From Tubulanus polymorphus (lineage: Eukaryota > Animalia > Nemertea): 64,000 nucleotides of DNA. Under the pieces are notes generated by a model that made no database searches, was not told the origin of the DNA, and worked only from the letters and a program-made list of their open reading frames with translations. The translations under genes and the position numbers were made by a program. Below, piece by piece: positions 38,590 to 51,420 of the stretch; positions within the stretch are counted from its first letter, which is position 1; each line of letters opens with the position of its first letter. Location of the stretch: contig NW_027437430.1 in the NCBI RefSeq assembly GCF_964204645.1, forward strand, positions 180,001 to 244,000, in the 5' to 3' direction.

Positions 38590-40420
38590 AGTCGCTACTG
38601 TTCGTTCCTCAACGAGAGGACCGACATCCCTCGACATCGATCGTGCGAGAAGCTCGCTAAGGGGGCGCTGCTGTTTGTCCCTCAACGAGAGGATCGACAT
38701 CGATCGTGCGAGAAGCTCGCTAAGGGGCGCTGCTGTTCGACCCTCAACGAGAGGATCGACATCGATCGTGCGAGAGGCTCGCTAAGGGGCGCTGCTGTTC
38801 GACCCTCAACGAGAGGATCGACATCACTCGCATCGGTCGTGCGAGAAGCTCGCTAAGGGCGCGCTGCTGTTCGACCCTCAACGAGAGGACCGACATCGGT
38901 CGTGCGAGAAGCTCGCTAAGGGCGCGCTACTGTTCGTTCCTCAACGAGAGGACCGACATCGCTCGACATCAATCGTGCGAGAAGCTCGCTAAGGGGGCGC
39001 TGCTGTTCGACCCTCAACGAGAGGATCGACATCGATCGTGCGAGAAGCTCGCTAAGGGGCGTTGCTGTTCGACCCTCAACGAGAGGACCGACATCGCTCG
39101 ACATCGGTCGTGCGCGAAGCTCGCTAAGGGCGCGCTGCTGTTCGTTCCTCAACGGGAGGATCGACGTTGCTCCAAATTGATCGTGCGAGAAGCTCGCTAA
39201 GGAGACGCCGCTGTTCGATCCTCAACGGGAGGACCGACATCGATCGTGCGAAAGGCTCGCTAAAGAGACACCGCTGTTCGATCCTCAACGGGAGGACCGA
39301 CATCGATCGTGCGAGAAGCTCGTTAAGGAGACGCAGCTGTTCGATCCTCAACGGGAGGACCGACAGCGATCGTGCGAGATGCTCGCCAATGGCGCGCTGC
39401 TGTTCGACCCTCAATGAGAGGACCGATGTTGCTCTAAATTGATCGTGCGAGAAGCTCGCTAAGGAGTCGCCGCTGTTCGATCCTCAATGAGAGGACTGAC
39501 TTCGCTCGACTTTGATCGTGCAAAAGGCTTGCTAGGGAGACGCCGCTGTTCGTTCCTCAACGGGAGGACCGAGATCGATCGTACGAGAAGCTTGTTAAGG
39601 AGACGCCGCTGTTCGATCCTCAACGGGAGGACCGAGATCGATCGTACGAGAAGCTTGTTAAGGAGACGCCGCTGTTCGTTCCTCAACGAGAGGACCGACA
39701 TCGCTCGACATCGGTCGTGCGAGAAGCTCGCTTAGGGCGCGCTGCTGTTCGTTCCTCAACAGGAGGACCGACGTTGCTCCAAATTGATCGTGCGAGAAGC
39801 TCGCTAAGGAGTCGCCGCTGTTCGATCCTCAACGGGAGGACCGACATCGATCGTGCGAGAATCTCGTTAAGGAGACGCCGCCGTTCGATCCTCAACGGGA
39901 GGACCGACATGGATCGTGCGAGATGCTCGCTAATGGCGCGCTGCTGTTCGACCCTCAACGAGAGGACCGATGTTGACCGATGTCTCCAAATTGATCGTAG
40001 GAGAAGCTTGCTAAGGAGTCGCCGCTGTTCGATCCTCTACGAGAGGATCGACTATGATCGTGCAAAAGGCTTGCTAGGGAGACGCCGCTGTTCGTTCCTC
40101 AACGGGAGGACCGAGATCGATCGTGCGAGAAGCTCGCTAAGGAGGCGCCGCTGTTCGATCCTCAACGAGAGAACCGACATCGCTTGACATCGTTTGTGCG
40201 ATAGAGACGTGTCTACCGTTCACGTTCGCTTAAGAGAATGCCGCCGTTCGGTTCTCAACGCGGGAACCGACGTCTCTCGACATTGTTCGCGTGGGAAAGA
40301 CGAGTCTAGTGTCCTCAACACGAGGGCCGACAACGACCGATAACGTTTGTGTAGGGAGTTCACTGAATTAAGCACTGTTGTCCGTTCTCAACGCGAGGAC
40401 CGACATCGACCGACATTGAC
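38590..40420. repeat. GC-rich minisatellite, ~27 units of mostly 62-63 or 72-73 bp
   Basis: Consensus gctgctgttcgatcctcaacgagaggaccgacatcgatcgtgcgagaagctcgctaagg; higher-order similarity between ~39120-39720 and ~39730-40180. Confidence 0.95.
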
Positions 40421-40655
40421 CGTTTTACTGTTACAGAGAGTGGAAGTAGAAGGGGACGTCTTGGCAACAAGTTCCGGGCAAAAGCAGAACGACCCTGAAC
40501 AGCAGCCGCCGGTCCCCTAAGAGGGATTGGAGTGTTTCGGCTGCGACATTTAGTTCCGCTATTTAACGTACATTGTCGCTGATTGGCTGATTTACGCCGC
40601 ACATGCGCACGGAGGTGCGCAACTTAGAAAATTCAAGGAAAGTGTAGAGAAAATA

Positions 40656-40730
40656 GAGCGGCTAGAGCGAGACTCAAACCCGGGCAAGTAAATTACTAGC
40701 GCAGCGTCATCCCACTAGATCACCGAGCTC
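40656..40730 (-). ncRNA. tRNA-derived (SINE-head-like) sequence, not a functional tRNA
   Basis: A box TGATCTAGTGG, T-arm/B box CGGG-TTTGAGT-CTCG, followed by TTTT; acceptor and anticodon stems are imperfect. Confidence 0.55.
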
Positions 40731-42095
40731 GTGAAAACCAACCGAATGTTTTCAGATGCAAGATGGCCGTTCTGTTTCCTATTTTGTACCAAAAAAATGT
40801 CAATTTTGGCCTCAATTTCAACTAGGCCTACTACTCAATTGCTTATGCATGTTCATATTTTTTATTTTCATAGGAAGATGGACCACCGCGTTCGGTACGA
40901 GTCGTGCAGAAGATTCCAATCAATCCACAGGTTAACCACATGGAGAGACATGACAGATGAGTCAACATGACAGATTGACATTGACATTTCCACCAAGTAC
41001 TAACTAATCACCTAAAAGGACCCATTAGGCCCAATGTTTGTTAAAGTCTATCATACTGAATGTATATAATTCATCACCTAGGAATCCCCGAATTGAGGGA
41101 AATCTATGATAGAATGTATTGTTATTACACAGCAAACCCACAGTTAGATTGGTCTGGTAAAATCTATCATATGGATTATTATGTACTATAAGACAAAGGA
41201 CCCAATAGGTCGGTACAATCTATCATGTGCAATGTATTAGTTATTACACAGGAAACCAGCTGTTTGATCGACCCAATAGATAGGTACAATCTATAAAATG
41301 TAATAGGCCCATTATCATTTATAGAAATATATTAATGTAATTGATTTAATGTATTTATATACATGTATCTACCCTAGATACATCTTGTACCCAAAAACTG
41401 AGCTTGGTCAGAATCAACATGGTTGACTGGTGGCCATTTTTGTTCGCTGAAATCAGCACTTTCCTACTCATTTTTGAAGTTTTCAAGGGAATTTTGAAGA
41501 CACTGATCGAATTACCTTGATCTATCAGATCGTGTACTCGAAGGTTCCATCAGCATGAGAGACATTTTGGGTCAATCGGATGCAAGATGGCCATCCTGTG
41601 ACCTTTTTTCGTACCCAAAAAATATCAATTTTTGTCTCAATTTCAACCACTACTCAATTGCTTATGCATGTTCATATTTTTAATTTTCGCAGGAAAATGG
41701 ACCACCGAGTTCGATACAATTGGTGTGGAAGATTCCAATCAATCCGCAGTTGAATCACATAGAGAGAGTCTTATGGTAGATACGAGTCAACTTTCCGAGA
41801 CCGATGGTAAATCAGTTTAGTTATTTCATACCTTTTTAGCCCACTAGGGACTTTAGACCGAAAGTCGATTATTTGGGATATTTCTCTAAAACTTTTGAAC
41901 ACATACTGTAGGCCTACCTGAATTTGATCATCGTACTACCAGTGAAACTGGTATATTGTGGGTTGACTGTAAATCAATTTTAACAATATGTTTCCGTGCC
42001 TACCATTTGAAATTATAATCAAATCATCAAAAATCAATGGTTCGTAGGCATGGAAACTCAGGACGCATATTGTTAGAATTTCAAAAATGGCTTAT

Positions 42096-43523
42096 TTTTA
42101 GCCTACTTGGGAGTCCCAGCGGGCTATTGCGTTCACTTTTCGTCCGTCCGTCCGTAGATGGAATCCAGTAAGTTTTGAAGACGCTTCAAGGTAACGTCTT
42201 GATATTTAGGTTACACGTGTATCTACCCTAGACACATCTTCAGCCCAAAAACTGACCCTGTCAGAATCAAGATGGCTGACTGGCAGCCATTGTTGTTCGC
42301 CAAAATCAGCACTTTTTACACATTTTTGAACTTTTTGAGGGAAATTTTGAAGACGCTTCGATCAATTACCTTGATCTTTCGGATATATATGAATCCCCCC
42401 AGGGCCCATCAACGAAACAAAAATTGGGTCGGTCGGACTCAAGATGGCCGTCCTATGACCTTTTTAGTGCCCAAAAATGTTAATTTTTGCCCGAATTCTG
42501 AGTCCTGTAGCTTCCTACTGGTTTACCATTTCTCAATGCAATTTGTGATGGGTATTCTTTGGAAAGGGATGTTTTATACCTCAGACAGGTATTTTTCATC
42601 AGCCAATTATGACACAATTGGCGGCCATCTTGGTGTCACCAGTACTCATTCGTAAGTGGGAAAAAGTTTTTCCACATTATATTGATACCTAAGCGTATTT
42701 TGCTACCACAATCAATTAGAAAGTTGTAGCTCATAACGTGTTCTATGATTGTGGTGAGTTTCAAGGTAATTGGATTTCGTATATGGCCACCAGGGGGCGT
42801 TGAATAATACAATATCTTAGCATTTCTTTATTATATTCGTACCTATGCATATTTTGTAACCACAATCAATTGGAAAGTTGTAGCTCATGACATCATCTAT
42901 GATTGTTGTGAGTTTTAAGGACATTAGTTTTTCTATATGGTCACCAGGGGGCGTTGAATAGTAGAATAACTTAGTATTTCCTTATTATATTGGTACCAAG
43001 GGCGTACTCTTTTATGACCTCCGAAGTCTCCGTCCGAAATCTCCGGTTGGCTCCACACAAAATCCGAATCACACCACCTCGACAGAAAGGAGGTTTCGGA
43101 GACTCCAAAAAGTCACGTGACCAATAAAAGAGTACGATTGGCGGCAAACGGATTCTCCGATCTGATAAAAGAGTTCGCTCCTAGGCATATTTTGTTACCA
43201 TGATCAATTGCAAAGTTGTAGTTCATGACATGTTCTATGATTGTGGTGAGTTTCGAGGTCATTGGGTTTTGAATATGGTCACCAGGGGGCGTTGAATAGT
43301 AGAATGACTTAGTATTTCCATACTAAATTGGTAACGAGGCATATTTTGTTATCACAATCAATTACAAAATCGTAGCTGCTGACATGTTCTATGATTTTGG
43401 TGAGTTTCAAGGTCGTTGGTTTTTGTAAATGGTCACCAGGGGGCGTTGAATATTGAAATTGTTAGATTGTTGAGCATTTGAAACCATTTCCCAAGTGGGC
43501 ATGGTGTCCCTGGACCCCTAGTT
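42096..43523 (+). mobile_element. Helentron-associated interspersed element (HINE/DINE-1-like), copy 1
   Basis: 5' ttttagcc(c)acttggg..cccagcgggct hairpin, (gtcc)n, ~115-bp core repeats, 3' aagtgggca subTIR plus ggtgtccctggacccc hairpin and tagtt; empty site visible at 49575-49595 and 52015-52035. Confidence 0.8.
43000..43180. mobile_element. Tourist/PIF-Harbinger-like MITE nested in HINE copy 1
   Basis: TIR gggcgtactcttttat / ataaaagagttcgctc (2 mismatches); 3-bp TSD caa/cta; empty site tggtacctaggcat in the sister copy near 51073. Confidence 0.75.
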
Positions 43524-44584
43524 TCTCATTTCAACATGCGAAAATGAAAACTTTTTGGCAATCTTTCAATACAGCGTAAAATGGATATAAAAACAATGGT
43601 TTATTAAAACTGCACAGTTTCACTGGTCGTATTAAAACCAATTAGGCGTATGTGTTCAAAACATTAATGTATAGGCCTATTAATGTATATTATTCATCAC
43701 ATAGGAATCCCCGAATTGAGGGAAATCTATGATAGAATGTATTGTTATAACACAGGAAACCCAGAGTTAGATTGGTCTGATGGTAAAATCTATCATATGG
43801 ATTATTATGTACTATAAGACAAATGACCCAATAGGTCGGTACAATCTATCATGTGGAATGTATTAGTTATTACACAGGAAACCAGCTGTTTCATGGACCC
43901 AATAGATTGGTTCAATCTATAAAATGTAATGGGCCCTATATCATTCATAGAAATATATTAATTTAATTGATTTAATGTATTTATATACATGCATCTACCC
44001 TAGATACATCTTCTGCCCAAAAACTGAGCTTGGTCAGAATCAACATGGTTGACTGGTGGCCTTTTTTGTTCGCTGAAATCAGCACTTTCTTACTCATTTT
44101 TGAAGTTTTCAAGGGAATTTTGAAGATTCTGATCAATTACCTTGATCTATCAGATTGTATACCCGAAGGGTGCATCGGCATGAGAGTAATTTTGGGTCAA
44201 TCGGATGCAAGATGGCCGTCCTGTGACCTTTTATCGTACCCAAAAAATGTCAATTTTGGTCTCAATTTCAACCACTACTCAATTGCTTATGCATGTTCAT
44301 ATTTTTGATTTTTACAGGAAGATGGACCACCGAGTTCGATACAAATTGGTGTGAAAGATGCCAATCAATCTGCAGTTGAATCACATAGAGAGAGTCTTAT
44401 GACAGATATGAGTCGACTTTCCACAACCGATGGTAAATCAGTTTAGTTATTTCATACCTTTTTAGCCACATGAAATGGACTTAAGCGGGTTATCGCATCC
44501 GCTTTGTGTCATTGTCCCGAGCTTGACAGAATCCAGTTATTCTGATACATTTTGAAATCAGCACTTTTAGACATTGTTTGAACC

Positions 44585-45758
44585 TTTTTAGCCCACTTGG
44601 GACTTTAGTCCCAGTGGGCTATTGCGTTCACTTTTCGTCCATTGTCCGTCATAGCGTACGTCCGTCCGTAGACGGAATCCAGTTATTTTGGGAAGTTTTG
44701 AAGACGCTTCAATGTAATGTCTTGATATTTAGGTTACACATGTATCTACCCTAGACACATCTTCAGCCCCAAAACTGGCCCTGTCAGAATCAAGATGGCC
44801 GACTGGCAGCCATTGATGTTCGCCAAAATCAACACTTTTTACACATTTTTTAACTTTTTGAGGGAACTTTTTGATCTTTCGGATGTATGTGCATCCCCCC
44901 AGGGCCCATCAGCATAACAAAAATTGGGTCGATCGAACTCAAGATGGCCATCCTATGACCTTTTTTAATGCCAAAAAATGTCAATTTTGGCCTGAATTCC
45001 GAGTCCTGTAGCTTCCTACTTGTTTGCCATTTCTCATTGCAATTTGTGATGGGTATTCTTAAGAAAGGGATGTTTTATACCTGAGACAGGTATTTTTGAT
45101 CAGCCAATTATGACGCAATTGGCGGCCATCTTGGTGTCATCAGTACTCATTCCTAGGTGGGAAAAAAATTTTCCACATTATATTGATACCTAGGCGTATT
45201 TTGTTACCACAATCAATAAGAAAGTTGTAGCTCATAACATGATCTATGATTGTGGTGAGTTTCAAGGTCATTGGTTTTGTATATGGCCCAGTGTGCATTG
45301 AATAATACAATATCTTTCCATATTATATTCGTATCAATGCATATTTTGTAACCACAATCAATTGCAAAGTTGTAGCTCATGACATTGTCTATGATTGTGG
45401 CAAGTTTTAAGGACATTAGTTATTCTATATGGTCACCAAGAGGCATTGAATAGTAGAATAACTTAGTATTTCCTTATATTGGTACCTAGGCTTATTTTGT
45501 TACCATGATCAATTAGAAAGTTTTAGTTCATGACATGTTCTATGATCTAGTATTTCCATATTAAATTGGTAACAAGGCATATTTTGTCATCACAATCCAT
45601 GAAATCATTCCTCCTGACATGTACCATGATTGTGGTGAGTTTCAAGGCCATTGGTTTTTGTATATGGTCACCAGGGGGCGTTGAATATTGAAATTGTTAG
45701 ATTGTTGAGCATACGGAAACATTTCTCAAGTGGGCATGGTGTCCCTGGACCCCTAGTT
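44585..45758 (+). mobile_element. HINE/DINE-1-like element, copy 2
   Basis: Same 5' hairpin, microsatellite, core repeats and 3' subTIR-hairpin as copy 1. Confidence 0.78.
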
Positions 45759-47016
45759 CAAGTTTTCATGGGAAATATTGAAAACGCTTCGATCATTTAT
45801 CTCAATTTCTCTCATTCGCAGTAAATAACTTGGCCTCATGACTTGCTCTAACATGAATTGCCCTAAGATTGTGGTGAGTTTCTAGGCATTGTTTATGTTC
45901 ACCGGTGGCGTAAATTAGCCGAAGAATATGGTACTACAGTATATTAGTACCTAGACATATGACGTTGTTACCACAAACAATTGCATGTTGTGCCAGTGCA
46001 TGAAATGCCCTATGGTAATGGTGATTCTTGACATTTCCAGATTGTTCAGTATTTCACCAAGTACTAACTAATCACCTTGAAGGACCCATTATGTTTGTTA
46101 AAGTCTATCATGCTGAATATAAAATATTTATCACATAGGAATCCCCCAGTTTGAGGGAAATCTATGACAGAATGTATTATTATAACACAGGAAACCCACA
46201 GTTAGATTGGTCTGGTAAAATCTATCATATGGATTATTATGTACTATAAGACAAATGACCCAATAGGTCGGTACAATCTATCATGTGGAATGTATTAGTT
46301 ATTACACAGGAAACCAGCTGTTTCATGGACCCAATAGATTGGTTCAATCTATAAAATGTAATGGGCCCTATATCATTCATAGAAATATATTAATTTAATT
46401 GATTTAATGTATTTATATACATGCATCTACCCTAGATACATCTTCTGCCCAAAAACTGAGCTTGGTCAGAATCAACATGGTTGACTGGTGGCCTTTTTTG
46501 TTCGCTGAAATCAGCACTTTCTTACTCATTTTTGAAGTTTTCAAGGGAATTTTGAAGATTCTGATCAATTACCTTGATCTATCAGATTGTATACCCGAAG
46601 GGTGCATCGGCATGAGAGTAATTTTGGGTCAATCGGATGCAAGATGGCCGTCCTGTGACCTTTTATCGTACCCAAAAAATGTCAATTTTGGTCTCAATTT
46701 CAACCACTACTCAATTGCTTATGCATGTTCATATTTTTGATTTTTACAGGAAGATGGACCACCGAGTTCGATACAAATTGGTGTGAAAGATGCCAATCAA
46801 TCTGCAGTTGAATCACATAGAGAGAGTCTTATGACAGATATGAGTCGACTTTCCACAACCGATGGTAAATCAGTTTAGTTATTTCATACCTTTTTAGCCA
46901 CATGAAATGGACTTAAGCGGGTTATCGCATCCGCTTTGTGTCATTGTCCCGAGCTTGACAGAATCCAGTTATTCTGATACATTTTGAAATCAGCACTTTT
47001 AGACATTGTTTGAACC

Positions 47017-48190
47017 TTTTTAGCCCACTTGGGACTTTAGTCCCAGTGGGCTATTGCGTTCACTTTTCGTCCATTGTCCGTCATAGCGTACGTCCGTCCG
47101 TAGACGGAATCCAGTTATTTTGGGAAGTTTTGAAGACGCTTCAATGTAATGTCTTGATATTTAGGTTACACATGTATCTACCCTAGACACATCTTCAGCC
47201 CCAAAACTGGCCCTGTCAGAATCAAGATGGCCGACTGGCAGCCATTGATGTTCGCCAAAATCAACACTTTTTACACATTTTTTAACTTTTTGAGGGAACT
47301 TTTTGATCTTTCGGATGTATGTGCATCCCCCCAGGGCCCATCAGCATAACAAAAATTGGGTCGATCGAACTCAAGATGGCCATCCTATGACCTTTTTTAA
47401 TGCCAAAAAATGTCAATTTTGGCCTGAATTCCGAGTCCTGTAGCTTCCTACTTGTTTGCCATTTCTCATTGCAATTTGTGATGGGTATTCTTAAGAAAGG
47501 GATGTTTTATACCTGAGACAGGTATTTTTGATCAGCCAATTATGACGCAATTGGCGGCCATCTTGGTGTCATCAGTACTCATTCCTAGGTGGGAAAAAAA
47601 TTTTCCACATTATATTGATACCTAGGCGTATTTTGTTACCACAATCAATAAGAAAGTTGTAGCTCATAACATGATCTATGATTGTGGTGAGTTTCAAGGT
47701 CATTGGTTTTGTATATGGCCCAGTGTGCATTGAATAATACAATATCTTTCCATATTATATTCGTATCAATGCATATTTTGTAACCACAATCAATTGCAAA
47801 GTTGTAGCTCATGACATTGTCTATGATTGTGGCAAGTTTTAAGGACATTAGTTATTCTATATGGTCACCAAGAGGCATTGAATAGTAGAATAACTTAGTA
47901 TTTCCTTATATTGGTACCTAGGCTTATTTTGTTACCATGATCAATTAGAAAGTTTTAGTTCATGACATGTTCTATGATCTAGTATTTCCATATTAAATTG
48001 GTAACGAGGCATATTTTGTCATCACAATCCATGAAATCATTCCTCCTGACATGTACCATGATTGTGGTGAGTTTCAAGGCCATTGGTTTTTGTATATGGT
48101 CACCAGGGGGCGTTGAATATTGAAATTGTTAGATTGTTGAGCATACGGAAACATTTCTCAAGTGGGCATGGTGTCCCTGGACCCCTAGTT
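47017..48190 (+). mobile_element. HINE/DINE-1-like element, copy 3 (duplicate of copy 2)
   Basis: Copy 2 shifted by 2432 bp. Confidence 0.78.
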
Positions 48191-50150
48191 CAAGTTTTCA
48201 TGGGAAATATTAAAAAACGCTTCGATCATTTATCTCAATTTCTCTCATTCGCAGTAAATAACTTGGCCTCATGACTTGCTCTAACATGAATTGCCCTAAG
48301 ATTGTGGTGAGTTTCTAGGCATTGTTTATGTTCACCGGTGGCGTAAATTAGCCGAAGAATATGGTACTACAGTATATTAGTACCTAGACATATGACGTTA
48401 TTACCACAAACAATTGCATGTTGTGCCAGTGCATGAAATGCCCTATGGTAATGGTGATTCTTGACATTTCCAGATTGTTCAGTATTTCACCAAGTACTAA
48501 CTAATCACCTTGAAGGACCCATTATGTTTGTTAAAGTCTATCATGCTTAATATAAAATATTTATCACATAGGAATCCCCCAGTTTGAGGGAAATCTATGA
48601 CAGAATGTATTATTATAACACAGGAAACCCACAGTTAGATTGGTCTGGTAAAATCTATCATATGGATTATTATGTACTATAAGACAAAGGACCCAATTGG
48701 TCGGTACAATCTATCATGTGGAATGTATTAGTTATTACACAGGAAACCAGCTGTTTGATGGACCCAATAGATAGGTACAATCTATAAAATGTAATAGGCC
48801 CATTATCATTTATAGAAATATATTAATGTAATTGATTTAATGTATTTATATACATGTATCTACCCTAGATACATCTTCTGCCCAAAAACTGAGCTTGGTC
48901 AGAATCAACATGGTTGACTAGTTGCCATTTTTGTTCGCTGAAATCAGCACTTTCTTACTCATTTTTGAAGTTTTCAAGGGAATTTTGAAGATTCTGATTA
49001 ATTACCTTGATCTATCAGATTCTATACCCGAAGGGTGCATCGGCATGAGAGAAATTTTGGGTCAATCGGACGCAAGATGGCCGTCCTGTGACCTTTTTTC
49101 GTACCCAAAAAATGTCAATTTTTGTCTCAATTTCAACCACTACTCAATTGCTTATGCATGTTCATATTTTTAATTTTCACAGGAAGATGGACCACAGAGT
49201 TCGATACAATTGGTGTGAAAGATTCCAATCAATCCGCAGTTGAATCATATAGAGAGAGTCTTATGACAGATACGAGTCAACTTTCCGCAACTGATGGTAA
49301 ATCAGTTTAGTTATTTCATACCTTTTTAGCCCACTAGGGACTTTAGACCGAAAGTCGATTATTTGGGATATTTCTCTAAAACTTTTGAACACATTGTAGG
49401 CCTACCTGAATTTAGCTTCATACTACCAGTGAAACTGTTATATTGGGGGTTGACTGTAAATCAATTTTAACAATATGTTTCCGTGCTTACCATTTGAAAT
49501 TATAATCAAATCATCAAAAATCAATGGTTCGTAGGCATGGAAACTCAGGACGCATATTGTTAGAATTTCAAAAATGGCTTATTTTTTCTCATTTCAACAT
49601 GCGAAAATGAAAACTTTTTGGCAATCCTTCAATACAGCGTAAAATGGATATAAAAACAATGGTTTATTAAAACTGCACGGTTTCACTGGTCGTATTAAAA
49701 CCAATTAGACGTATGTGTTCAAAACATTAATGTATATTAATGTATATTATTCATCACATAGGAATCCCCGAATTGAGGGAAATCTATTATAGAATGTATT
49801 GTTTTAACACAGAAAACCCACAGTTAGATTGGTCTGGTAAAATCTATCATGTGGATTATTATGTACTATAAGACAAAGGACCCAATAGGTCGGTACAATC
49901 TATCATGTGCAATGTATTAGTTATTACACAGGCAACCAGCTGTTTGATGGACCCAATAGATAGGTACAATCTATAAAATGTAATAGGCCCATTATCATTT
50001 ATAGAAATATATTAATGTAATTGATTTAATGTATTTATATACATGTATCTACCCTAGATACATCTTCTGCCCAAAAACTGAGCTTGGTCAGAATTAACAT
50101 GGTTGACTGGTGGCCATTTCTGTTTGCTGAAATCAGCACTTTCTTACTCA

Positions 50151-51420
50151 TTTTTAGCCCACTTGGGACTTTAGTCCCAGCGGGCTATTGCGTTCACTTT
50201 TCGTCCGTCGTCTGTCCGTCCGTCTGTAGACGGAATCCAGTTATTTTGGGAAGTTTTGAAGACGCTTCAAGGTAACGTCTTGATATTTGGGATACACATG
50301 TATCTACCCTAGACACATCTTCAGCCCAAAAACTGGCCCTGTCAGAATCAAGATGGCCGACTGGCAGCCATTGTTGTTCGCCAAAATCAGCACTTTTTAC
50401 ACATTTTTGATCTTTTTGAGAGAAATTTTGAAGACGCTTCGATCAATTACCTTGATCTTTCGGATATATGTGAATCCCCCCAGGGCCCATCAACATAACA
50501 AAAATTGGGTCGGTCGGACTCGAGATGGCCGTCCTATGACCTTTTTAGTGCCCAAAAATGTTAATTTTTGCCCGAATTCTGAGTCCTGTAGCTTCCTACT
50601 GGTTTGCCATTTCTCATTGCAATTTGTGATGGGTATTCTTTGGAAAGGGATGTTTTATACCTGAGACAGGTATTTTTCATCAGCCAATTATGACGCAATT
50701 GGCGGCCATCTTGGTCTCACCAGTACTCATTCGTAAATGGGAAAAAGTTTTTCCACATTATATTGATACCTAAGCGTATTTTGGTACCACATTCAATTAG
50801 AAAGTTGTAGCTCATAACATGTTCTATGATTATGGTGTGTTGCAAGGTAATTAGATTTTGTATATGGCCACCAGGGGGCGTTGAATAATACAATATCTTA
50901 GCATTTCTTTATTATATTTGTACCTATGTATATTTTGTAACCACAATCAATTGGAAAGTTGTAGCTCATGACATCATCTATGATTGTTGTGAGTTTTAAG
51001 GACATTAGTTTTTCTATATGGTCACCAGGGCGCGTTGAATAGTAGAATAACTAAGTATTTCCTTATTATATTGGTACCTAGGCATATTTTGTTACCATGA
51101 TCAATTGCAAAGTTGTAGTTCATGACATGTTCTATGATTGTGGTAAGTTTTGATGTCATTGGGTTTTGAATATGGTCTCCAGGGGGCGTTGAATAGTAGA
51201 ATAACTTAGTATTTCCATATCAAATTGGTAACGAGGCATATTTTGTTATCACAATCAATTACAAAATCGTAGCTGCTGACATGTTCTATGATTGTGGTGA
51301 GTTTCAAGGTCATTGGTTTTTGTATATGGTTGCCAGGGGGCGTTGAATATTGAAATTGTTAGATTGTTGAGCATTTGGAACCACTTCCCAAGTGGGCATG
51401 GTGTCCCTGGACCCCTAGTT
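50151..51420 (+). mobile_element. HINE/DINE-1-like element, copy 4
   Basis: Full termini; inserted into ttactcatttttgaagttttc (empty site at 48955-48975). Confidence 0.8.

Larger units (their letters stand above)
38161..40754 (-). mobile_element. Unclassified non-autonomous element: terminal hairpin, tRNA-like head, CCAAT/TATA-like promoter, GC-rich hairpin array, AATAAA, terminal hairpin
   Basis: Abrupt GC shift; AT-rich host repeat on both sides (tttttagccc on the left, gatgcaagatggccg on the right); internal modules listed under findings. Confidence 0.6.
43781..48645. repeat. Near-identical tandem duplication, period 2432 bp
   Basis: Identical ORF pairs 44030/46462 and 45213/47645 are offset by 2432; only a handful of differences seen, all in the distal ~700 bp. 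Confidence 0.92.

Noticed and set aside
38506-40187. Arg-rich 21-aa repeat ORFs on both strands; superficial CRISPR-like periodicity
   Set aside because: Frames break with each 62/72/73-bp unit variant; there are no unique spacers or cas genes and the DNA is eukaryotic, so this is a minisatellite.
40656-40730. Functional tRNA gene
   Set aside because: Acceptor and anticodon stems do not pair properly and the B box has TTTGA instead of TTCGA; kept only as tRNA-derived.
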